A stretch of 32,000 nucleotides of DNA, from assembly GCA_021813405.1 (NCBI GenBank), contig JAKAKS010000033.1, positions 12,995-44,994 of the forward strand, in the 5' to 3' direction. The translations under genes and the position numbers were made by a program. The DNA comes from Nitrospirota bacterium (GTDB lineage: Bacteria; Nitrospirota; Thermodesulfovibrionia; Thermodesulfovibrionales; JdFR-88). The notes below the pieces were generated by a model. That model did not search any database and was not told where the DNA came from. It saw nothing but the letters and a program-made list of their open reading frames with translations. The stretch's first letter is position 1. Every line of letters begins with the position of its first letter. Shown one piece after another: positions 1 to 7,453 of the stretch.

Positions 1-961
1 TAACTATCAGCCTGAACACGTGGGACTTCCTGGCGCCCATCGCCTTAAGAAGCCCAAGTTCCCTCTGCCTTTCGTTTACTATCATATAGAAGGCAAACCC
101 TATCATCAGCAGCGCCATTACCCACAGCACTGCGCTTATTGCAAATATTCCTTTCAACAGGCCGCTAAGCTGGGCACGAACGGTTGTTATCACCTTGTCC
201 GAGGAGATGGCCTTCACTCCCTGGCCGTCTGTCGCGTAATTTATTTTCAGCGCTACCCTTTCAGGGCTGTACCCCTGCTTTACTTTCACAAGAACGGCCG
301 AGATCTGGCCCTTATCAAGCTTCAGGGGACGTATTGCTTTTTGAGCGGAATCCGCTGCCATCTTGTATGCGGAATCCATCGTCATGAAAACTGTATTATC
401 AAAGTAGTTCATGCCCGTGCGCGCCATGGTGCCTGCCACTGTAAAGGGGCTGCCGTAAAAGGGGAGGGTGTCTCCTGTAATGACCGGCACATCCCGGCCA
501 GTCAGAATCTGCCCCGTCTTCATCGAGCCGGCCAGTCCTTTTGCCAGCCATGGCGTAATGGTGAAATCCGTAGCAGGGTCGAACGCGACCAGGAATACGG
601 GCACACTGTAGCAGCAACTGAAGGTGGTTGGTTTAATGAATATCTGCGGAGAAGCCGTAAGTACGCCCTCTGTCTTTCTGACTGCATTCAGCACGGAGCT
701 GTTCATGAAGAAGCTTTCAGGCTGCCCGGAAATCAGGGCGGATTTGGCCTCCTGCACGCTGTTTTTGGGCACCACTATTACGTCTGCCCCAAGCCTGTAT
801 GTGCCTACCCGCAATGCGTTATGCATGCTTGAGATGAATAACGTGGCCGAAAAAAGAGTGCCGGTTACGACTGTAATAGCCAAAAGCAAAAGAACGCTCC
901 GGACGGGTTTTCTTCTTAAATTCCGTTCCGCCAGCGAAATGATTCTCAATCTGGTTGACAT
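1..961 (-). CDS. ABC transporter permease, FtsX/MacB-like (3' part beyond the window edge)
   Basis: Reverse-strand translation from the ATG at 961: MSTRLRIISLAERNLRRKPVRSVLLLLAITVVTGTLFSATLFISSMHNALRVGTYRLGADVIVVPKNS... This is a typical N-terminal TM segment plus periplasmic MacB/FtsX domain. The frame is open to position 1 and is absent from the ORF track, probably because it has no stop in the window. Confidence 0.8.
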   Translation of the reverse strand, partial: MSTRLRIISLAERNLRRKPVRSVLLLLAITVVTGTLFSATLFISSMHNALRVGTYRLGADVIVVPKNSVQEAKSALISGQPESFFMNSSVLNAVRKTEGVLTASPQIFIKPTTFSCCYSVPVFLVAFDPATDFTITPWLAKGLAGSMKTGQILTGRDVPVITGDTLPFYGSPFTVAGTMARTGMNYFDNTVFMTMDSAYKMAADSAQKAIRPLKLDKGQISAVLVKVKQGYSPERVALKINYATDGQGVKAISSDKVITTVRAQLSGLLKGIFAISAVLWVMALLMIGFAFYMIVNERQRELGLLKAMGARKSHVFRLIV

Positions 962-1058
962 ATGCCGCCTTTCAAGCTTCCTGGAGTATTTGCGCAGCCG
1001 GAAGAGGGCGCTTTCGCGCCCCCTTATTCAAGTGGCGGTTTGCCTTAATGCAGCGGCT

Positions 1059-2141
1059 TTATCCGCCTATCGGTTTGTGCTTCATACCCCAGCCAACGGT
1101 AATGCCGCAAAGATTCGGATGGCCCTCGGCCATTTTCACCACTATACCGTTTGCCTGATGGCAGCTTCCGCATGCCGAGATGTCCGCCACTACCTTGTGC
1201 GAATCGGCATTCATCACCATGAGGCGGCTGTCGTCCTGGTACGTCCTGGCCGGAATAAGTACCCATTTGCCGTCCTGGGTGAACGCTACGTCGTGCGGGT
1301 AGCGATGCTCAGGAAGCACGATGTGTTCTACCACCTTATTGGAATCGGTGTCTATGACCACAAGCTGGGATTTGTGGGTGGGCGGCTTGAGCCCCGGGTC
1401 GTACTCGTTTGGGGCTGATACCCACAGCTGGTTAGTGTGCGGTCTCAAATGGATCTGGTGGATGAACGTCATCTGAGGGTCGGTTATCTTTTTTACTACC
1501 TTTTTCGTTGTCCAGTCAAGCACGTAGATTGTGCCCGTGGGCATATCGGCCACATAGGCCACCTTGTTGTTATGGACCCATTGTATGCCGCATACGGCAG
1601 CGCCAACGGGGATATCGTCTACCAGCTTGGCTTTTTTGTAATTCCACTGGTAAATGTGCCCGTCTGCCATGTCCTCCAGGTACAGGCTGTTGTCTGGGCC
1701 TTTCATAACATCGCAGATCTTCTGGCCTATCTGCACCGGCTCGGAGTTCATGCCGGTCTTCAGGTTATGCACAACCATCCTGCCGTCCAATAACCCAACA
1801 TACAGTTTATCCCCTACTATCGCAGAGGCGTGGATGCCGCCGCCCCTCTTGATCTTCTCAAATGACATGCCGGCGATCTTGCCTTCCATCTCGCTGCCGG
1901 AATTTGTTATTGTGATCCTGTCGTTCTGGATGCTCACCGGCGATTTCATAGTGGCAAGGTTGATCATGGCTATGTGCCCGCCTTCACCGGCCACAAAGGC
2001 TATGCCGGTCAGCTTGGGCATATCGGCGGTTACATAGTGGTAGTCTATCCCGGTGTTGGCGGTGTTATCATCGGCGCTTGCCGTATAATAAACAGCCGTC
2101 GTCAACGCCAGCGCGATCACGGCGAGTAAAACCTTCTTCAT
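1059..2141 (-). CDS. YncE/cytochrome D1-like beta-propeller protein with signal peptide and C-terminal CxxCH motif
   Basis: 360 aa. Signal peptide MKKVLLAVIALALTTAVYYTASA; repeated blades (NKVAYVADMPTGTIYVLDWTTKKVVKKI, KSQLVVIDTDSNKVVEHIVLPEHRYPHDVAFTQDGKWVLIPART); C-terminal ACGSCHQANG. Confidence 0.75.
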   Translation of the reverse strand: MKKVLLAVIALALTTAVYYTASADDNTANTGIDYHYVTADMPKLTGIAFVAGEGGHIAMINLATMKSPVSIQNDRITITNSGSEMEGKIAGMSFEKIKRGGGIHASAIVGDKLYVGLLDGRMVVHNLKTGMNSEPVQIGQKICDVMKGPDNSLYLEDMADGHIYQWNYKKAKLVDDIPVGAAVCGIQWVHNNKVAYVADMPTGTIYVLDWTTKKVVKKITDPQMTFIHQIHLRPHTNQLWVSAPNEYDPGLKPPTHKSQLVVIDTDSNKVVEHIVLPEHRYPHDVAFTQDGKWVLIPARTYQDDSRLMVMNADSHKVVADISACGSCHQANGIVVKMAEGHPNLCGITVGWGMKHKPIGG

Positions 2142-2345
2142 GTGCTTCCTCCCTTCAATTTTTTACGCCCCCTGTAAGCCCACTTAAGAATAAAACGGGT
2201 TCCCCCCTCCCATTTTTCCTCCCACCTCCTTCCAATTCCCACTAATTAAGCTCAATATAATGGAAGCAACCCACGGTTTGCAACGTGAAGTTATGATTAT
2301 TAACAGGCTTTTTAATTGGAAGATGAAAGCAGATTAAAGGCATAA

Positions 2346-2373
2346 AAAGAGGGGGCGGAAGCCCCCTCTTTCG
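2346..2373 (-). terminator. Intrinsic terminator downstream of the YeeE/YedE gene
   Basis: On the - strand: AAAGAGGGGGC-TTCC-GCCCCCTCTTTTT. GC-rich perfect stem followed by a T tract, just after the TGA at 2388-2390. Confidence 0.9.
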
Positions 2374-2387
2374 ATTGCGGAAGGTTT

Positions 2388-3473
2388 TCAGTCCCTCATA
2401 GGTTTTATAAACCTGAAATAGACCATCGTCCAGTTGCCAAGCACAATGAAGATAGTGGAGACGATGCTTGATACAGCCAAGGTCGACACACCGGTCAACC
2501 CATGCCCGATGTTTCAGCCGCCTGCTACGGAGGCGCCAAACCCCATGAGGAGGCCGCCTCCGAATACTATTGCCAGGTCCTTTGCCGGCGGGGCGTTCAG
2601 CTTGAATTCCTTGAGGCCTTTCGAGCTGATGTATGCGCCTATCGGGACTGCCAGGATGTATATCGCGCTCCAGGTTGCAGTTATGTTGCCGAACGAGAAC
2701 ATCGGCCATGACGAATGGCTGCTGCCATTTAGCACCGCGTTGGCGAACTCGCCAAGCGGACCGGTAAATGAAATCCCCCTGGGATAACCGCCGAACACGC
2801 CGGAAGCCCACCATCCCGCGGTTGCAACTATGCCTATCAAGACACCGGCTATGGACCATTTATATCCCTTTGCCGGGCCTTTCCGGAAGGGTTTTCCCTT
2901 AAGAACGTAGATGCCCGCAATGACGGCAATTACCCCGATTAATATCCACTTGGTGGTGTCGCCTCCCCCGAAAAGGCCGTATAAGGTCAGCGCATTGCCG
3001 CTTGCGTCGTTCACCGTGTAGTGTTTCATGGCCAGATAGACCGGTTTCAATACCCCGCTGGTTGTCATGATTATCCCCATGGCGAACGCCAGTGTGGCAA
3101 GCAGGGCCGATATCAGCCCTTCGCCCACTCGGTACAGTATGCCGCTGCCGCAGCCGCTGGCAAGGACCATGCCCAGGCCGAATATATATCCGCCCACTAT
3201 GTTTGCCACGGGCGCAAAAGACTGCCTTGCAAGGGTGAAAGGACCATACTGGTCCGACCCGAGCCAGTGCATATCTTCCAGGAAATTTGCCCCTACCATG
3301 GTTATGACCAGCGCAATCAGATAGGCCCTGAAAAGGGTGACATCGTTAATGAAGATGATGTCCCTGAACGCCGTGTTCATGCAAAACCTTCCACGTTGCA
3401 ACGCAAAGCCGATTGCCAGCCCTATCACAATGGCCGAAACAGCTACTGTCCATGTGCCAGGCGAAATGCCCAT
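2388..3473 (-). CDS. YeeE/YedE family (TsuA-like thiosulfate/sulfur or selenium-type) transporter, candidate selenoprotein with in-frame TGA (Sec) at 2514-2516
   Basis: The ORF track gives 319 aa (2514-3473) ending ...GGGLLMGFGASVAGG. Reading through TGA at 2514-2516 continues U-NIGHGLTGVSTLAVSSIVSTIFIVLGNWTMVYFRFIKPMRD* to the stop at 2388. Family motifs LQRGRFCMNTAFRD and ASGCGSG carry the first two conserved Cys; the third (GGCNIGHG) is at the TGA. Confidence 0.8.
2481..2500 (-). promoter_or_regulatory. Candidate bacterial SECIS element (hairpin just 3' of the UGA)
   Basis: mRNA: UGA-AACAUCGGGCAUG-GGUUGAC-CGGUGU-GUCGACC. A 7-bp stem (one U-G pair) and 6-nt loop containing GGU, starting 14 nt after the UGA. 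Similar placement and loop to the well-known E. coli fdhF SECIS. Confidence 0.65.
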
Positions 3474-3567
3474 CGCTGCCTCCTCTTTTTAGTATCCCGT
3501 ATGCGTGGGGACCGAAGTGTTTCAATAATAAATTCATAAGGCCTTAAATATCAATGGGGGTTGTCCG

Positions 3568-4362
3568 TCATTCTCCTATCTTGGGGATTATACCCCGGTC
3601 TATAACAATCCGGTACATGCGTCTGAAGAAAAGGAGTGAAAGCGCAAGGTAAACGGCATTAAGCGCCGTGGCATCCAGAAGCTCACGGGCGGGGAAACTG
3701 GCCCCGTTTATCACTGCCCGCATCCCTTCAAACGCATGTGATGCCGGGATAAACGCGGCAACCGCGCGGAGAAACCCCGGCAGGACAGAGACGGGATAAA
3801 ACACGGCTGAGAATGGCAGAAATACAAACCCGAGCGCCCAGGCCAGGATCTCGGCCTCAAGGCCGTATCTTAGAATAAGGGCGGTCGTAAATATCCCGAT
3901 AGCCCATCCCATTGCGGTGAGATTCAAAACCAGCGGCAGCAGGGAGGCCCCAAGTTTCAGGATGCTGAAGGAATAGAGAGCCCAGCCCAGCACGGACAGC
4001 AGGGCAAACGCTGCGGCCACCTTTATAAAACTCATCACGATCAGGCCAAGGACATATTCGGCCATGGTCACCGGCGTTACGAACACGTTAATCAGGTTCC
4101 TGGACCACATGTCTTCAAGAAAAGAAACCGAGATCCCCTGTTCGGCCCTGAACAGGACATCCCACAATATGAGCGCGCCTATGAAATAGGATACGAACTT
4201 CGGCATGTTCTGGCCGGATGTCCTGCGAAGGTAAACCGTCAGGAACCCCCATAAAAGCAGGTCCATGGTGGGCCAGTATACAACTTCCATAAGCCGTGCC
4301 ATGCTTCTTTTGTAAAGATAAAGCTGTCTGAGCGCAACGGCCGCAACGTGGCTTGCTTTCAT
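3568..4362 (-). CDS. ABC-2 type transporter permease
   Basis: Probable start MKASHVAAVALRQLYLYKRSM at 4362, which overlaps the stop of the ATPase gene (ATGA); the track ORF extends upstream to 4506. Multiple TM segments and ABC-2 permease pattern (LLWGFLTVYLRR...; FPLSAVFYPVSVLPGFLRAV-like segment). Confidence 0.8.
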   Translation of the reverse strand: MKASHVAAVALRQLYLYKRSMARLMEVVYWPTMDLLLWGFLTVYLRRTSGQNMPKFVSYFIGALILWDVLFRAEQGISVSFLEDMWSRNLINVFVTPVTMAEYVLGLIVMSFIKVAAAFALLSVLGWALYSFSILKLGASLLPLVLNLTAMGWAIGIFTTALILRYGLEAEILAWALGFVFLPFSAVFYPVSVLPGFLRAVAAFIPASHAFEGMRAVINGASFPARELLDATALNAVYLALSLLFFRRMYRIVIDRGIIPKIGE

Positions 4363-5105
4363 TCGCCTTCTCCTAGCGCCTTGAAGAAAAGCTCTTCCAG
4401 GTTTTTTGCGCCGTAGCTGCCCAGAAGGTCTGCCGAGCGGCCCTGCATCAGCACCTTTCCCTCCTTCATGAAAAGCACCCTGTCCGATACCTCCTGCATC
4501 TCCCAAAGGTTATGGGACGTATAGATGACGGACATGCCTCTTTCGGAGCAGAGCGATTTCAGCATATGCCGCGTCTTCCTGGCAATCTCCGGGTCCAGCC
4601 CGGCGGTGGGCTCATCCAGAAGCAATATCTCCGGGCTGTTTATCATGGCCTTGGCCAGCGCCAGCCTCATCATCTGGCCCGATGAAAGCGTCCTTGATGG
4701 TTTGTTCTTAAGTTTTTCGAGCCCGAACATGCCAAGCGTCTCATCGCATCTTGCGGCCCTGTCCTTGATCCCGTACATCAGTGCATAGACCATCATGTTT
4801 TCACGCGGCGTAAGTGTTAGTGGCAGCGAGACATAGCTGGAGGCGAAATTCATGCGCCTTAAAATACTTGCCCTTGTTTGCGCGGAAAGCCTTGTGCCGA
4901 ATGCCTCCACCCAGCCTGAAGACGGGGAGATAAGCCCAAGAATAGTGTGGATTAAAGTAGTCTTGCCGGCGCCGTTTGGCCCAAGCACGCCAAGTATCTC
5001 TCCTTTTTCAAGCGCAAGGCTTACGTCTGAAAGGGCGTAAACCCCAGGTTCAAACGATTTCGATATCCCTGTAACCTTTAAAATCTTCATAAAGCAATCT
5101 ATCAC
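4359..5105 (-). CDS. ABC transporter ATP-binding protein
   Basis: Walker A GPNGAGKTT, signature LSSGQMMRLALAKAM, Walker B EILLLDEPTAGLD. Start may be at MIDCFM or the internal MKILKVTG. Confidence 0.92.
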   Translation of the reverse strand: MIDCFMKILKVTGISKSFEPGVYALSDVSLALEKGEILGVLGPNGAGKTTLIHTILGLISPSSGWVEAFGTRLSAQTRASILRRMNFASSYVSLPLTLTPRENMMVYALMYGIKDRAARCDETLGMFGLEKLKNKPSRTLSSGQMMRLALAKAMINSPEILLLDEPTAGLDPEIARKTRHMLKSLCSERGMSVIYTSHNLWEMQEVSDRVLFMKEGKVLMQGRSADLLGSYGAKNLEELFFKALGEGE

Positions 5106-5222
5106 TGCAAACCGGGTGCGGTCAATGGAACTTATTGAAAATTGCCTGCTGCAAACCCGCTTGCGCCCATTTTCATGCTAGAATTTTTCTAATCTGAATG
5201 AACAGCAGGATAAGGAGGCCAC

Positions 5223-6437
5223 ATGCCCTGGAAAAGCCCTGTCTGCCTGCGCAAACTCAGAGCGGCTTTTATCATGAGCATTCTGGTCTATTTCCTGATT
5301 GCGGGCGAGATAGTCATAATGATTAGCCCGTTTGCGGCTTATTTTTTTTCAGTATATGCGCCTGTACTGGAATTGCTGGCCAAAAGCCGCCGTCTTGCAT
5401 GGGCCGCCGACTTTTTTCTGCCGCATCTTGTTTTTACCGGGGACTGGCTGGTCAGGTCAGTCTCCTTCCTCCAGATTTTTTTCTTGATTGGTCTGGTCCT
5501 CTTTCTGCTGGCTGCCCTGCCGCTTTATTATTTAAAAATCTTTAAAAAGAGGATGGCGCAGCGCGGGCCGTACGCGATGGTCAGGCACCCGCAGTACCTG
5601 GCGCTTGCAATCTCGGGTTTCGGGCTTCTTATATACTGGCCAAGATTCATTATTCTCGTTCTGTACGTAACGATGCTTTTTGTATATTACGCCCTTGCTA
5701 GGAATGAGGAATGGCGCTGCATGCGCAAATATGGTGCCTCGTATGAAGAGTATCTGAAGAAGACGCCCATGTTTATACCAGGCGCGCCTGGCGGCAGGTT
5801 CTTCATGGCGGCCTTTGGATGGATTCGCCCGCGATGGGCCGGAATGGCCGCGCTTTATCTTGTTGTGCTTGTGGGCAGCGGGCTGGCCGCAGCCGCGCTC
5901 AGGGCCCATTCTGAAAAGGTGATCACAAAATTTCTTTATACGGACAAGACTGGAAATTCCATCATGGCCGTACCGGTTTACCCTGGCAAGGCAAAAGATA
6001 TTCTTGGCATTACCGGAGCGGCTGTTGATGCTGCCGGAAGCAGGCAGGTAAATCTCCATGGTGTCAACCTGGCATATGTGATGCCAGCCGATTTCTTTTT
6101 GATGGCTGTTGCCACCGGAGAGCCGCGTTTCAATGACAGTGCCGGGCACGATAATCAGGCCCATACCGGTTTGGCTGATTTCTTCGGCATATTTTTCAAC
6201 TATATGGCAGGGCTTGCAGGCAGTGTATATTCCGCCTCGGATGTTGAGAGGGTGATATTTGTGCAGGCGGCCGGCCCGGGGGGGGCGCCTGTTGCGGCAG
6301 AGGACTGCCTGAGGGCTGGACTCATCAGGATGCCGCGTGCGATGGCCGACATGGACCTTGTAACCGGAAAGGTAATCGCGGTTAAAAAATTGGGCGGCGG
6401 CAACAAGTGGGGCCGGGCCCCCATGCCCGCGTTTTAA
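5223..6437 (+). CDS. Membrane protein with isoprenylcysteine carboxyl methyltransferase (ICMT/PEMT)-like domain and an uncharacterised C-terminal region
   Basis: AGGAGG RBS 4-5 nt before the ATG; several TM helices; motif RGPYAMVRHPQYLALAISG...NEEWRCMRKYGASYEEYLKKTPMFIPG. Confidence 0.7.
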   Translation: MPWKSPVCLRKLRAAFIMSILVYFLIAGEIVIMISPFAAYFFSVYAPVLELLAKSRRLAWAADFFLPHLVFTGDWLVRSVSFLQIFFLIGLVLFLLAALPLYYLKIFKKRMAQRGPYAMVRHPQYLALAISGFGLLIYWPRFIILVLYVTMLFVYYALARNEEWRCMRKYGASYEEYLKKTPMFIPGAPGGRFFMAAFGWIRPRWAGMAALYLVVLVGSGLAAAALRAHSEKVITKFLYTDKTGNSIMAVPVYPGKAKDILGITGAAVDAAGSRQVNLHGVNLAYVMPADFFLMAVATGEPRFNDSAGHDNQAHTGLADFFGIFFNYMAGLAGSVYSASDVERVIFVQAAGPGGAPVAAEDCLRAGLIRMPRAMADMDLVTGKVIAVKKLGGGNKWGRAPMPAF

Positions 6438-6445
6438 TCAGGCGT

Positions 6446-7156
6446 TTATTTATCCGTGTGGCAATTTCTGCAGATTATGCTCTCGAACAGGGGATTTTTA
6501 TTGCCCGAATTCCTTAGAAATTGAACCCCGCTGCCATAATTGTTTCCGTTGTGCGGGTTGTGGCAAGTGGCGCACTGCAATGTGCCACTGAAAAGGGGAT
6601 AAGTATCTGTGTTGTAGAGTGCGCCTATGAAAAAATTTGCCAAACCGTTGAAGCCGGGTCCGTTGCCAATGTACACCCGATCTCCCGCAGGATCATTACC
6701 GATGGGTATCAGGCTCCTGAACGGCGTGACAATTCCAAGGTTTACAACCTGTCCTACTGAAAAATTAAACGGGTGTTCGTTAAAGTGGCTGGTGATATTA
6801 GGGCCGGTGTCTCCGTCATGGCAGCCCAGGCAATACATTGAGCCCATGGCCGGGTTGGGTGGGTCGTCCGCGGCTTTCTGGCCGGTTGGAATGCCTATGT
6901 TGTTGGCGGGCATGGAATCATAAGAGTAAGAAATATTATAAGTGTAGTTGGATATGCCGTCATCCCAAAGCATATGCTGATTAATTAGGTTGGAGCTGGC
7001 TATGTGCGGGTGATGGCAAAAAACGCACAACTGCCGCGTTTCGGGCAGTTTGCTTATGGAGTTCATATCGTGCTTTGATTGCATCAGGCCCATTGCAAGC
7101 GCATGGTGCACGGCTGCGGCTGCAAGGGCCAGAAACAGGATGAGAATTTTCTTCAT
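6446..7156 (-). CDS. Four-heme c-type cytochrome (CxxCH family protein)
   Basis: Signal peptide from MKKILILFLALAAAAVHHALA. Four heme motifs: CVFCH, CLGCH, CATCH, CRNCH. The track ORF starts 13 codons upstream (7195). Confidence 0.85.
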   Translation of the reverse strand: MKKILILFLALAAAAVHHALAMGLMQSKHDMNSISKLPETRQLCVFCHHPHIASSNLINQHMLWDDGISNYTYNISYSYDSMPANNIGIPTGQKAADDPPNPAMGSMYCLGCHDGDTGPNITSHFNEHPFNFSVGQVVNLGIVTPFRSLIPIGNDPAGDRVYIGNGPGFNGLANFFIGALYNTDTYPLFSGTLQCATCHNPHNGNNYGSGVQFLRNSGNKNPLFESIICRNCHTDK

Positions 7157-7453
7157 CGGTTTCCCCTGTTTTTGAGGGTCTGAATGCCGTGGCATTTTTA
7201 ACCGTTGTCTTAAGACGGGGAATGGTGCTTGCCTGATTCCAGTATAGGATGTAAATTCCGGGTTTCAATAAGTAGTTTTGCGGTTCAATTTTAAAAATTG
7301 CTCATCTGTTTCTTTTTTGGCATTTAAGCATTTGCGGGGGCATGTTTTTTAATATGCGCACCATGAATATTATTTGTTTGTGGAGGAAGGTGGCAGCGCT
7401 TGTTTCCGATACGGTTATAAAAGGATTGCGCCAGTTGCAGGCTTATAGTTTTT

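Noticed and set aside
20-832. 270-aa + strand ORF and nearby ORFs 184-387 and 624-1418
   Set aside because: Antisense to the clearly coding FtsX-like permease and propeller genes; low-complexity, His/Cys/Arg-rich composition typical of shadow ORFs.
2242-2859. 205-aa - strand ORF and 117-aa + ORF at 2434
   Set aside because: They cover the 3' end of the YeeE/YedE gene past its in-frame TGA. The real coding signal is the read-through frame; these are shadow frames.
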